Source: an uncultured delta proteobacterium (GTDB lineage: Bacteria; Myxococcota_A; Polyangia; Polyangiales; Polyangiaceae). Taken from it: 64,000 nucleotides of DNA. Shown in pieces: positions 20,423 through 30,887 of this stretch. The notes beneath the pieces were generated by a model. The model made no database searches, was not told the DNA's origin, and saw nothing but the letters and a program-made list of their open reading frames with translations. A program made the position numbers and the translations under genes. Position 1 is the stretch's first letter. Every line of letters begins with the position of its first letter. Location of the stretch: the NCBI GenBank assembly GCA_963806225.1, contig CAWDXG010000001.1, positions 96,001 to 160,000 of the forward strand, written 5' to 3'.

Positions 20423-22144
20423 TTCGTCGTCGTCGCCCTCGTTGAGGATCTTGAACTCGACGCGGCGGTTCTTGGCCCGGCCCGCAGCGGTGGCGTTGCT
20501 GACGATGGGCTTGTCGGGGCCGAAGCCCTGCGACTCCAGCCGGCTCGAGGAAATGCCGTGATGGATCAGGTACTCCATCACCGAGTGCGCGCGGTCCTTG
20601 CTGAGCTTCATGTTCAGATCGTGCGCGCCCTTGTTGTCGGTGTGCCCGTAGACGCCGATGCGAATGTTCGGCCGCGCCTTCATCAGCGTCACGACCTCGT
20701 TGAGGATCGGGTAGCTGACACGCTTGATGGTCGCCTTGGCGAACTCGAACTGGATCGGCTTGAGCAGCTGCACCTCGCCGCTCTCGGTCACGTGCGTGAG
20801 CTGCGGGCAGCCGTTCTTCGACGCGATCTTCGACGCCGGGCCGGGCTCGGTTGGGCAGTGGTCCTTGGTGTCGGGGATGCCGTCGTTGTCGGCGTCCGTC
20901 TCGGGACAGCCGTCGTTGTCCTGGATGCCGTCCTTGTCCTCCGGATCGTCCGGACACTTGTCGATGTTGTCCGGAATGCCGTCGCCGTCGCGGTCGCTGG
21001 CCGCGGGGCAGCCATCGGTCGGATCCGGCGGCTTGTGGTCTTCCTTGACGAGCGGGCACTTGTCGATGTCGTCCGGATAGCCGTCGCCGTCGGTGTCCTT
21101 CGGGTAGTCGGATACGTCGGGGACGTTCTTGTAGCCCGGCGGGCGCGAGGGCGGCGGCTTGTCGCTGATGGTGAAGAAGCTGCCGATGGACGCCAGGATG
21201 CGGAAGTCCGGCGACCCGTAGCCCGCCGTCAGCTTCGTGCCGGCGCCGGCGTTGATGAAGGTGCGGTGGGTCTTGCCGATGGCGAAGCGCGCCTGCCCCA
21301 GCCACTCCAGGTCGGTATTGCGGCTGGCGAAGGCCGTGTTGTGGAGGCGCCGGCGTCGTCCGTGACCTTCTGGATGCCGGTCGTCCCCCAGAGCTCGACT
21401 CCGAGGCGGACCGTGCCCTGGCGCAGCGGCACGTAGCCGCCGAGCGCCCAGCGCAGCTCGTCGCCAATGAACAGCGCGCCGCTGGTGCCGCCGATGCTGA
21501 GGTTCGGGCGGAAGTGCGGCCCGACGGTGCCGGCGAGCAGGAACTTGCCGAAGTCGTACTCGGCCCCGCCGTAGACGTAGCCGGTGAGGGAGCCGTCGCC
21601 GTCGAAGGAGTTGGCATTGCCGGTGGGCAGCCACATTGCGCCGCCGACACCCAGCTTGAACTTGTGGTTGTCGGAGCGGTACAGGCGCACCCGCGCGTCG
21701 AGCCTTAGGTCGCTGACGGCCACGGTCTTCACGTCGAGACCGTCGCCGATGTTCTGCTGGATGGGATCCGTAGCCGGACCCTTCTGGAATCGCGATCGGC
21801 AACGCGATGTTGAAGCTGGCGCGATTGGCGACCTCGGTGCCGGCCGTGAGGTAGCTGATGAGCTGCCACGGTACGGGCGTGGAGATCTGGTCGGCGATGC
21901 GCGCGTCGGGCGCCACGGTATCGGCGCGCAACGGGCGGTTGGTGTAGCCGAGCGCGAACTGGCCGTAGAAGCGCGTCTTTTCGTACGTGTGCGGCCGCCA
22001 CACCATGAAGCCGTCGTCCGGCGCACCGGAGAGCTGTGCGCGGTCGAGGTAGAAGGTCTTCGACTGTGCGCGGGCGCGCACAGTGGAGACGAGCGCTGCC
22101 GAGGCGAGCAACGTTGCAAGCAAGCGGCGCGGAGCGTGTTTCAT
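20419..22144 (-). CDS. OmpA-family outer-membrane protein with TSP3 Ca-binding repeats (TraB-like architecture; frameshifted)
   Basis: Signal peptide, beta-barrel-like region split over frames, DTDGDGYPDDIDKCP/DRDGDGIPD/DADNDGIPD repeats, OmpA domain GHTDNKG…NRRVEF. Stop probably the TAG at 20419. Confidence 0.85.
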
Positions 22145-22289
22145 GATGCCTCCGGGGACCGATCGGCGGGAGGGCGCCGGCTTGCCGGCAGTCGAGAGAA
22201 GCACGGCCGAGGAAACTACCCCGCGGGCTGGGCCATTGAAAGCGGAACACGCCAACTACGCGAAGGTACGCGCATTTTCCCCCTCCCGT

Positions 22290-23573
22290 CTACCTGTCCG
22301 CGAACTCCTCGCAGACCCACACACTGCCGTTGGGTGCGTGCACGACGCCCACGCCCACCGCGTCGAAATCCGCGTACAGGAGGTTGCCGCGGTGGGACGG
22401 GCTGGCCCACAGCGCGCGGTGCGCGCGCCTGAGCGTCCGCGCATGTGCAACGTTCTCGCCCGCGGCGTGCACCTTGATGCCGGCTGCGACGACGCGCTGT
22501 GCGGGGTTTCCGTCCCCCACGTCATGGCCGATGCGCCGGGCGCGTTGCATCGCTTCGGCGTGCGCGCGCGCGACGCTATCGAGTCGCGTGTCGCGCGTCA
22601 GCGCTGGAAGGTGTTCCGAACGCCGGGCTGCGTTGATCATCGCAATCAGCGCGGTCTGCTCGTCCGCTGCGCCGGCGGCGGCGGCTTCGCCGGGAGCCGG
22701 CTCGGCGTGGAAGCCCGGCGGCGGCGGCCCCCCGACCTGTAGCTTCGCTTCGGCGACAGGGCGCGGTCCGCCCTTCACGTCGGCCATGACCTGCACGAGC
22801 CATCCGCCCGGGCGATCGGCGTGGAAGGTGGCGCGCACCACACCCGAGTCCAGCGATGTGGTCACGCTGCGCGGCGCGCCCGTCGGCGCCAGCACGATCA
22901 CCTTGGCGCCGCTGGCCGGTACCAGCAGATGCGCCGCCACGCGCAGCCACTGTCCGGAACGGACCTGGGTGGGCAGCGGGTCCAGATCGGCCAGTGCGTC
23001 CAGCGCCAGCATGACGATGACGTGGGTGTCCGGGCCACTCGCGCTCGCGACGCCGCAGCGCCGCTTGCCGCCGTCGTTGAACGATGCGAGCCAGCGCTGC
23101 ACGCGTTCGCGCGCGTCGTTCCGGTCCAGCTTCGGTCCGGCGAGCGACCACAGTCGCGGCCACACGTAGGGCGAGCCGGCCGCGCGCAGCGCAAAGGTGG
23201 TTTCTGCAATGTCGAGCGCCGGCAGGGCGCGGGCCTGGCGTTCGGCGATGCGCGCCGCGACCGTGTCCAGCGCGGCATCACCCGTGCCGCAGAGCGTCAG
23301 CAGGTCGCGGTCGGCCGGATCGGGCGCGCCGGCGGGTTGGGGCGACCAAGTGCGGGGCTCCCAGCTGAAGCGTTCGTCGTCGGCCGGCGCAGTGGCCGGG
23401 GCGGCAGTGGGACGCGCCGGTGCAGGCTCGGCGGAAGCTGCCGTCGGCGGCGGGGAGACCGGGAGCGCCGCCGCCTGACCCGGCGCACAGCCCGTCCCGA
23501 AGCCCAGCGTCAGGGCGACGGAAAGCCAACCGAGGGCGGCTCCAGTCCAGCCGCGACGCCAGGCAATCCGCAT
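22290..23573 (-). CDS. CAP (SCP) domain lipoprotein
   Basis: INAARR…LDSVARAHAEAM…IGH…GENVA…WASPSHRGNLL…VGVGV. Confidence 0.85.
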   Translation of the reverse strand: MRIAWRRGWTGAALGWLSVALTLGFGTGCAPGQAAALPVSPPPTAASAEPAPARPTAAPATAPADDERFSWEPRTWSPQPAGAPDPADRDLLTLCGTGDAALDTVAARIAERQARALPALDIAETTFALRAAGSPYVWPRLWSLAGPKLDRNDARERVQRWLASFNDGGKRRCGVASASGPDTHVIVMLALDALADLDPLPTQVRSGQWLRVAAHLLVPASGAKVIVLAPTGAPRSVTTSLDSGVVRATFHADRPGGWLVQVMADVKGGPRPVAEAKLQVGGPPPPGFHAEPAPGEAAAAGAADEQTALIAMINAARRSEHLPALTRDTRLDSVARAHAEAMQRARRIGHDVGDGNPAQRVVAAGIKVHAAGENVAHARTLRRAHRALWASPSHRGNLLYADFDAVGVGVVHAPNGSVWVCEEFADR

Positions 23574-23684
23574 ACCTGCGAATCCTAGTCCATGCCCCGG
23601 CCCCAGACCCGCCGCGAGCTGGATTTTCCCCCTGAAGTCGACCGCCGGCCGCCCACTTGGTAGGGTGAACGGGCTTGGTTTGAC

Positions 23685-25154
23685 ATGCGTCGGTACAGCA
23701 CAGCCGCGAAGGTCGGGCTCTTCACCGTCGTCACGGTCGTCGCCGGTCTGTTGATCTACCGGTTTGTCACCAAGTCCGCGGTCAACGGCGAGGGGTACAC
23801 GGTCTACGCGCTGTTCCACGACGCCACGGGCATCGCGAAGCACTCGCAGGTCAAGATGGCGGGCATCCCCGTCGGCGAGATCAGCGACATCCGGCTCGAC
23901 CACGGTAGGGCCCGGATCGACATCCGGATGCGCTCGGACATTCCGCTCTACGACGATGCGACCGTGTCCAAGGTCGCCACCAGCCTGCTCGGCGAGTACT
24001 TCCTGGCCGTCGCGCCGGGGACCGAGGGCAAGCGCCAGCTCGAGGATGGCGATCGCATCAAGCACGTCATCGAGGCGGCGACCACCGACAAGATCCTCAA
24101 GGACGTCTCGGACATCGCCGCCGACGTGAAGAAGGTCACCGCGAGCCTGGCAGGCAGCGTCGGCACCCAGAAGGGCGAAAAGAACCTCAAGGATACGCTC
24201 CAGAACCTGGCGGACGTCACCGACGCCCTCAACAAGACCGTCCGCGAGAACCGCGACAGCATCAAGAACATCCTCAACAACGTCGAGCGCATCACCTCCA
24301 AGGGCGAGCCGAAGGTTACGAAGATCCTCGACAACGTCCAGCAGACGACGAAGGAAGTCCGCGAGCTGGTGGCCAAGGGCAAGGACGGTCAGCCCGCCAG
24401 CGCGGGGCAGGTGCAGCAGATCATCGAGAAGGTCAACCGCGCGAGCAGCAGCCTCGAGCGCGCCATGGCCAACATCGACGAGGTGACCGGCCGGGTCAAC
24501 CGCGGGCAGGGGACGCTGGGCAAGCTGACGAAGGACGAGAAGCTCATCGACGAGGTGCAGGGCGTGGCCGAAGGGGTGGGCGAGTTCGTCGGCGGCCTGC
24601 ACCGGCTGCAGACGATCGTCGGGCTCAGGACGGACTACCAGTTCCTGTCCAGCACGGTGAAGAGCTACGTGTCGCTGCGCCTCCAGCCGCGTGAGGACAA
24701 GTACTACCTGATCCAGATCGTCAACGATCCGCGCGGCCTGACCAGCTTCCAGCAGATCGACGTCGATACGACCAATCCCAACCAGCCGGCGCACTATCGT
24801 GAAGTGCGCACGGTCACCAGCAACTCGTTCCGCTTCACTCTGCAGTTCGCGCAGCGCTTCGGCCCGTTCACTGGGCGGTTCGGCATCATGGAATCCACGG
24901 GTGGCGTGGGGCTGGACACGAATCTCTTCGACGATCGCTTCGAGCTGCAGCAGGATCTCTTTGGCTTCGGCGAGGTGGTGCTGCCGCGCTGGCGCGTCTC
25001 GCTGGGCTACGAGTTCGTCAAACGGTTGTGGCTGCTCGGCGGCGTGGACGACATCCTGAGCCCCGACCGTCGCGACTACTTCGTCGGGCTGCAGCTCAGG
25101 TTCAACGACGAGGACCTCAAGACCATCCTGCCCTTCGCGCCCGCCAAGCCTTAG
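23685..25154 (+). CDS. MCE/MlaD family protein
   Basis: N-terminal TM, FHDATGIAKHSQVKMAGIPVGEI…SLLGEYFLAVAPG, long helical region, beta-rich C-terminus. Confidence 0.9.
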   Translation: MRRYSTAAKVGLFTVVTVVAGLLIYRFVTKSAVNGEGYTVYALFHDATGIAKHSQVKMAGIPVGEISDIRLDHGRARIDIRMRSDIPLYDDATVSKVATSLLGEYFLAVAPGTEGKRQLEDGDRIKHVIEAATTDKILKDVSDIAADVKKVTASLAGSVGTQKGEKNLKDTLQNLADVTDALNKTVRENRDSIKNILNNVERITSKGEPKVTKILDNVQQTTKEVRELVAKGKDGQPASAGQVQQIIEKVNRASSSLERAMANIDEVTGRVNRGQGTLGKLTKDEKLIDEVQGVAEGVGEFVGGLHRLQTIVGLRTDYQFLSSTVKSYVSLRLQPREDKYYLIQIVNDPRGLTSFQQIDVDTTNPNQPAHYREVRTVTSNSFRFTLQFAQRFGPFTGRFGIMESTGGVGLDTNLFDDRFELQQDLFGFGEVVLPRWRVSLGYEFVKRLWLLGGVDDILSPDRRDYFVGLQLRFNDEDLKTILPFAPAKP

Positions 25155-25270
25155 CTCATCCCCGATATCTCGAGTAGGCGGCGACGCCCACGTCGTGCTC
25201 TATCTCCGCGCCTGGGCGGACCTGCTCGAGGCTGCGCTGCCTCGCGTGGACGCACGGCGCGTCGTCTGAC

Positions 25271-27319
25271 TCACGTCGACGATGCCGGCGGCGCATCGCT
25301 GGGGTAGGCGACCCAACCGAGGTGCTTCGCTGTGACGAGCGCGGCGGCGGCCTCGTTCAGGGAGATGACGCGCGAGTTGGGCGTAGGATGGTGCGCAGCG
25401 ATGCGCGCCAGCGCGCCATCGACCGTTGGCGGCTCCTCCATGAGCCCGGCGACAAGCTGGAGCGAGACGGGAGCAGTGCCCCGCTCGTGGCTGTCCGAAA
25501 CCAGTCCGGCGCGGGGACCGGGCAGGAGCCGCACGTCGCCGCGCGGCAACAGCGAGCGCGGCTTGCCGTGCGAGGCCACGTACGTTCCGGCCATCATCGG
25601 GCTCGCGAGATCCAGATCCAGCGGGAACTCCACGCGCGCCGGCAGGGTGCCGCGATAGAAGGTGACGTTGGCGCGCGGCCAGCCGCACATGGCCGCGACG
25701 CGATCGCGCCCCTGGTTGCGGATGGCGCGGAACACGTCGACCGCGTCGACCATCCCCATGCTGATGAGCGTGTCGCCGAGCCGGCCGCCGAAGCGGCTCA
25801 ACGCGGACAACGCTTCGTCGAGCTGCTGCCGCGACAGCGCGCGTCGCCGCACCAGGTATTCGCCGAGCAGCTCGTTCCTGTCGGTGGAGGCCACGTGCGT
25901 CAGACGGCCTTCGCCGAGGTACAGCTCCTTGCGGCGCGGCGCGCCCGTCGCGTCCCGGCGCTCGACGAACAGCGCGCCGCTTTCCCGGGTGGCGCGCAGG
26001 TGCGCGAGCACGTCGAGCATCGGCGTCTGGGCCAGCTGGGCGCGGTAGTCGGGCACGCCGGGTTGGAACAGCCGTCCTGTCGTCGCGCTCGTCGAGGGCA
26101 GGAGATGTCGCGCCAGTTCTTCGATTTCCTGGATGGCGCAGAACTCGCTTCCCATCAGTGCGACCTTGTCGTCGCCCATCAGCTCGCCCGTCGCGATCAT
26201 CTCGATCAGGCGCGAGAAGGGCACGTCCTCGTAGGTGCGTCCGGACACCGTGAGCACCTGCGACAGGCCCGTGTCCGGATGCTCCGACGCCGCGTCAGCC
26301 GAGCCCCCGACGTCGACCGCTCGCATCCGCTGCATCGAGTCGCGGATGCGCCCTTCAAGCTGCCGGGCGAGCTCGGTCGAATCGCGCGCCCAGCCCACCC
26401 ACTCGCTGAGCTCCTGGCGGAGCTCGTCATCGGTGGGCGTCTGGAACGGCGCGAGCGCCGCCGACAGCTCGGCGGCGCTCCCGAAGCGCTGATCGGGGTC
26501 GCGCGCCAGCGCGTGCTCGCAGACGGCCATCAGCTTCGCGTCGACCGGTGGCGACGCCCGGCGCAGAGGCTCGATGTTCACGTCGCGGATGGCCAGGAGC
26601 ACCGCGAGCTGCCCGCTGCCGGGGAAGATGCGCGCGCCGATGAGCATCTCCCCGAACACGGCCGCCATCGCGAACAGGTCGGCGCGGTGATCGAATGGCT
26701 CGCCCGCCACTTGCTCCGGAGCGAGGTAGCCGAACTTGCCCTTCAAACCGGCGGAGGGCTGGGCCGGACCGGTGTGCTGGCGCACCCGCGCGATGCCGAA
26801 GTCGCCGAGCTTCACCGAGCCGTCCAGCGACAGATAGATGTTCGAAGGGGTTACGTCGCGGTGGACGATGTGCAGCGGGTTGCCGCTGTCGTCGCACGCG
26901 GCGTGGACTGCGCCGAGCGCGTCGCAGAGCTGCCGGGCGATGTACGTCGCCAGCCCGACGGGCATGCGCCGCTGCTCCGATTCGGCGCGCCGGAGCAGGC
27001 GGTACAGATCGAGGCCCTCGACGTACTCCATCGCCAGGTACGGCTCGTCGCCGACCATGCCCGCGCCGTACACGGTCACCACGTTCGGGTGGACGACCGC
27101 GCGGTGCAGCTCCGCTTCACGGCCGAGCACGCCGAACTGTTCGTCCTTCTGGTTGGACGGCAGCAGCCGCTTGACCACGAAGCGCGGCGCGGGCCGGTCG
27201 CCCCGCTTGGGGAGCGCCAGGAAGACCTCGGCGCTCCCGCCCACGGCGAGCCGTTTTTCGAGCAGGAACGGGCCGAAGGGCGTGGGGCCGGCGCGCTCCC
27301 CCGTGTGGTCGGAGTCCAC
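25271..27319 (-). CDS. Serine/threonine protein kinase with C-terminal DUF4388-like domain
   Basis: VVKRLL, HRDVTPSNI, KLGDFGIAR, GKFGYLAPEQ; C-terminal ESGALFV…LGEYLV…RLGDTLISMG. Confidence 0.92.
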   Translation of the reverse strand: MDSDHTGERAGPTPFGPFLLEKRLAVGGSAEVFLALPKRGDRPAPRFVVKRLLPSNQKDEQFGVLGREAELHRAVVHPNVVTVYGAGMVGDEPYLAMEYVEGLDLYRLLRRAESEQRRMPVGLATYIARQLCDALGAVHAACDDSGNPLHIVHRDVTPSNIYLSLDGSVKLGDFGIARVRQHTGPAQPSAGLKGKFGYLAPEQVAGEPFDHRADLFAMAAVFGEMLIGARIFPGSGQLAVLLAIRDVNIEPLRRASPPVDAKLMAVCEHALARDPDQRFGSAAELSAALAPFQTPTDDELRQELSEWVGWARDSTELARQLEGRIRDSMQRMRAVDVGGSADAASEHPDTGLSQVLTVSGRTYEDVPFSRLIEMIATGELMGDDKVALMGSEFCAIQEIEELARHLLPSTSATTGRLFQPGVPDYRAQLAQTPMLDVLAHLRATRESGALFVERRDATGAPRRKELYLGEGRLTHVASTDRNELLGEYLVRRRALSRQQLDEALSALSRFGGRLGDTLISMGMVDAVDVFRAIRNQGRDRVAAMCGWPRANVTFYRGTLPARVEFPLDLDLASPMMAGTYVASHGKPRSLLPRGDVRLLPGPRAGLVSDSHERGTAPVSLQLVAGLMEEPPTVDGALARIAAHHPTPNSRVISLNEAAAALVTAKHLGWVAYPSDAPPASST

Positions 27320-27474
27320 GAGGCAGCATTATGAGCGCGTTGTCTCCTGCGCAGAAGCCCGGAGCGGGCTCGCGCAGCAATACGCCGGATCCTGCGCTGT
27401 ATTTCACCGTCTGCCGCCGCCGGGGCGAAGCACCTGGCCGAATGCCGGGCCTTGATCTCAGATCGGACCAGCCC

Positions 27475-29097
27475 ATGGTTCCGCGGCAGACAAGTCGCCC
27501 GCTCGCCCTGCTCGCCGCGTGTGCGCTGGCTATCGCCGCCCTCGGCGCGAGCTGCAAGAGCAGCCACAAGCCCGCATCGGCGCCGCCGAAGACGCCCAGC
27601 ATCCGCCTGTACGTGATTTCCACATTGGCGGGCGCGCTCGAGCCCTGCGGCTGCGTCAAGGACATGCTCGGCGGCATCCAGCACGCCGCCGGCTACGTGG
27701 ACGGGAAGTCCTCCGATGCTCCGCATAGCCTGGTGGTCGGTGCGGGGCCGATGCTGTTCGAGGACCCGCACCTCGAAGCCACGAGCCGTGTGCAGGACGA
27801 GTACAAGGCCGAAGCGCTGGCTGCGTCGCTGCATGACATGCGCATGGCGGCGTGGGCGCCGGGGCTGAACGACTGGGCGGCGGGGGCCGGCAAGCTCGCG
27901 GCGCTGGCGAAGGCATCCGGCGCGCACCTGCTCGCCGCAAACCTAGAGGGGGCGAAAGCCGGCGCCGCGGCCAGCACCGTGACCGAGGTGGGCGGGTACA
28001 AGGTCGGGTTGGCCGGCGTGAGCGATCCGGCACAGGCGGGCCAGCGGCCCGACGGAGTGAAGGCGTCCGATCCCGCCACCGCGTTGAAGAAGGCGCTCGC
28101 GGCGCTCGACAGCCAGGGTGCCCAGGTGCGCGTCGCGCTGGTGGCGCTGCCGCGCGGCGAGGCGCTGCGTCTGGCCGAGCGCGTCAAGGGCTTCGACGTG
28201 ATGGTTGTCGGCAGGCCGTTCGACGAGGGAGACGGCAACAACCCGCCGACCCCGCCGGTGCTGGTCGGCGGCACGCTGGTGGTACAGGGGCCGAACCACC
28301 TCACGGGCGTCGCTGTGGTCGACCTGTACGTGCGCGGCAAGAGCTTCGACTTCCGCGACGGCTCGGGTATCGAGAAGGCCGCCGAGCGCCAGAGCCTCGA
28401 GGAGCGCATCGCGGACCTCGAGCGCCGTCTCTCCAGGTGGTCGAAGGCGGGCAGCACCGTGAAGAAGTCCGATCTCGATGCGCGGCGCGCCGATCTCGCC
28501 CGGATGAAGCAGAAGCTCGCCCGCCTCGGCAGGACGAAGGCGCCGGCCAAGGGCAGCTTCTTCCGCTATCAGCTGGTCCCGGTCAAGGAGAGCCTGGGGG
28601 CGGACAAGGCCGTCGCTGCGCGGATGGACAGCTACTACCGCCGCGTCAACGAGCACAACCGCATCGCGTTCAAGGACAAGACCGCGCCACCGGTTCCCGA
28701 AGGGGAAAGCGGCTACGTCGGTGTCGACGTGTGCAGCACCTGCCACAAGGCCGAGCGCAAGTTCTGGAACACCATGGCGCACGCGGGCGCGTACGCGGTC
28801 CTGGCCAAGGAGCACAAGCAGTACAACCTCGACTGCGTGGGTTGCCATGTCACCGGCTACAACCAGCCTGGTGGTTCCACGGTCACGCACGTCGACAAGC
28901 TCGAAAACGTGCAGTGCGAGGTCTGCCACGGTCCCGGCTCGCGCCACGTGAAAAGCCCCGCCAATCCCGACTTCATCGTGAAGAAGCCGGACAAGAGCCT
29001 GTGCGCCGACAAGTGCCACCACGCGCCCCACGTGGGCAAGGACTGGGACGTGAACGAGGCGCTTGGTCGCATCATCGGGCCCGGCCACGGGGCTTGA
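27475..29097 (+). CDS. UshA/5'-nucleotidase-like domain fused to multiheme c-type cytochrome (lipoprotein)
   Basis: Lipobox LGASC; GALEPCGC…LGG; heme motifs CSTCH, CVGCH, CEVCHGPGSRH and CADKCH. Confidence 0.85.
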   Translation: MVPRQTSRPLALLAACALAIAALGASCKSSHKPASAPPKTPSIRLYVISTLAGALEPCGCVKDMLGGIQHAAGYVDGKSSDAPHSLVVGAGPMLFEDPHLEATSRVQDEYKAEALAASLHDMRMAAWAPGLNDWAAGAGKLAALAKASGAHLLAANLEGAKAGAAASTVTEVGGYKVGLAGVSDPAQAGQRPDGVKASDPATALKKALAALDSQGAQVRVALVALPRGEALRLAERVKGFDVMVVGRPFDEGDGNNPPTPPVLVGGTLVVQGPNHLTGVAVVDLYVRGKSFDFRDGSGIEKAAERQSLEERIADLERRLSRWSKAGSTVKKSDLDARRADLARMKQKLARLGRTKAPAKGSFFRYQLVPVKESLGADKAVAARMDSYYRRVNEHNRIAFKDKTAPPVPEGESGYVGVDVCSTCHKAERKFWNTMAHAGAYAVLAKEHKQYNLDCVGCHVTGYNQPGGSTVTHVDKLENVQCEVCHGPGSRHVKSPANPDFIVKKPDKSLCADKCHHAPHVGKDWDVNEALGRIIGPGHGA

Positions 29098-29195
29098 GCG
29101 TTCGCCCACGGCGGATTTCCCGGCAATGTCGGGCCGGCGGTGCGCATGGGCTCGAAATCGGCCCTGCATGATCTAACATGCTTGTCTGAGGCCCG

Positions 29196-29921
29196 ATGCC
29201 CTCCGTCCAACACGCGCGCAAGGAAGTTCTGCTCAAGCTCGTCTATTACGGGCCTGGCCTCGGCGGCAAGACCACGAACCTCGAGTTCATCCACGCCCGC
29301 AGTAACCCCGAGCACCGCGGGCGCCTGCTCAGCTTGAATACCGAGACCGAGCGAACGCTGTTCTTCGATCTCCTGCCCGTCGATCTGGGCACCTTCAAGG
29401 GCTACAAGATCCGCCTGCACCTGTGCACCGTGCCGGGGCAGGTGGCGTACGACCGCACCCGGCAGCTCATCCTCAAGAACGTGGACGGCGTGGTGTTCGT
29501 CGTCGATAGCCAGCCCGCTGCCGTGGAGAAGAACGCCGAGAGCCTGGCGAACCTCGCCACGAATCTGAGGCTCCAGGACGTCGATCCGGAGCGGGTCCCT
29601 GTGGTGGTCCAGTACAACAAGCGGGACCTGTTCGGCGTACTGGACGCGGGTGAGCTGCGCATCGCGCTGGGCATCCCGGCGCGCGTTCCCGAGATCGAGG
29701 CTTCGGCGAGGTACGGGCAGGGCGTCTTCGAGACGCTGAAGACCATCGTCAAGGAGTGCATGCGGCTGGTCGGGGATCCCGCCACGCTGCCCGAGGGGCG
29801 CACGCCGTCAATCCTCCCCGGTCACCGCGCGTCCATGTATCCAGGGGCCACGCCTCCTCCGTCCATCGCGCTGCCCAAGGCGCCGCGCGTACCGCGCATT
29901 CCCGGCGATTCGGAAGGCTAG
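29196..29921 (+). CDS. MglA-family small GTPase (paralog with Pro-rich tail)
   Basis: KLVYYGPGLGGKTTNL, ERTLFFD, TVPGQ, DGVVFVVDSQ, QYNKRDL, GVFETLK. Confidence 0.92.
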   Translation: MPSVQHARKEVLLKLVYYGPGLGGKTTNLEFIHARSNPEHRGRLLSLNTETERTLFFDLLPVDLGTFKGYKIRLHLCTVPGQVAYDRTRQLILKNVDGVVFVVDSQPAAVEKNAESLANLATNLRLQDVDPERVPVVVQYNKRDLFGVLDAGELRIALGIPARVPEIEASARYGQGVFETLKTIVKECMRLVGDPATLPEGRTPSILPGHRASMYPGATPPPSIALPKAPRVPRIPGDSEG

Positions 29922-29944
29922 AGGGTCCGGGTTAGGCTCGGGGC

Positions 29945-30847
29945 ATGAAGCAACTGGTGCCCGACGCCGCCCACGGCGTTCTTTCGACCACCCTGACCAG
30001 GATCGGCGACACCCCGGTCACGCTCGCCACGCTGATCACCATGGTCGTGGTCGTGGCAGCCACGTTCATCTTCTCGCGGCTCGTGCGGTTGGCGATCCGG
30101 CGCGCGCTGGAGCGCCGCGGCGTGGAAGTCGAGCACGGTGGCATGACCGCAGTGGGCAGGCTGGTCCACTACGTGATCGTGCTCATCGGTCTGGGCGTGG
30201 CGCTCCAGACCGCCGGCATCAAGCTGGGCGCGCTGTTCGCCGCTGGAGCCGTGTTCGCCGTGGGCATCGGTTTCGCGATGCAGAACATCGCGCAGAATTT
30301 CGTCTCGGGGGTGATTCTGCTGGTGGAGCGCACCATCAAGCCCGGCGACGTCGTGGAGGTGGAGGGCACGCTGGTGCGCGTCGTCGAGATGGGCATCCGC
30401 AGTACGCTGGTGCGTTCGCGCGACGAGGAGGACATGATTGTCCCGAACTCCAAGCTGGTGCAGACCACCGTCAAGAACTACACGCTCAGTGATCAGCTCT
30501 ATCGCCTGCGCGTAGGCGTCGGCGTGACCTACGACTCGGACATGGCGCTGGTGCGCAGCACGCTGGAACAGGTCGCGGACCGGATCGAATGGCGCGACAA
30601 GGATCGCGAGCCGGTGGTGTTGATGGCCGACTTCGGCAGCTCGTCGGTCGACTTCGAGCTGAGCGTGTGGAGCAGCGATGCCTGGAACCAGAAGGCCCGC
30701 CGATCGCAGGTGCGCGAGGCTATCTGGTGGGCGCTCAAGGAGCAGGGCATCGTGATCGCGTTCCCGCAGCTGGACCTGCACCTGGACCCGCCGGTGATCG
30801 AGTCGCTTGGCGGGCTCGGCAAGCGGGCCCCCGCGCTGCCGTCGTGA
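29945..30847 (+). CDS. mscS: Small-conductance mechanosensitive channel
   Basis: GIGFAMQNIAQNFVSGVILLVERTIKPGD, IVPNSKL, GIVIAFPQLDLHL. Confidence 0.92.
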   Translation: MKQLVPDAAHGVLSTTLTRIGDTPVTLATLITMVVVVAATFIFSRLVRLAIRRALERRGVEVEHGGMTAVGRLVHYVIVLIGLGVALQTAGIKLGALFAAGAVFAVGIGFAMQNIAQNFVSGVILLVERTIKPGDVVEVEGTLVRVVEMGIRSTLVRSRDEEDMIVPNSKLVQTTVKNYTLSDQLYRLRVGVGVTYDSDMALVRSTLEQVADRIEWRDKDREPVVLMADFGSSSVDFELSVWSSDAWNQKARRSQVREAIWWALKEQGIVIAFPQLDLHLDPPVIESLGGLGKRAPALPS

Positions 30848-30887
30848 AGGCTGGCGCGTGCCGGCGTTGCGATCTACGACGCCCGTG

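Noticed and set aside
16995..22144. traA/traB outer-membrane-exchange locus
   Set aside because: The PA14 protein has an OmpA domain instead of Cys-rich repeats plus MYXO-CTERM, and lies on the opposite strand, separated from the TSP3-OmpA gene.
27640..27660. Selenocysteine recoding in the UshA-like CGC motif
   Set aside because: Both codons are TGC (Cys); there is no in-frame TGA.
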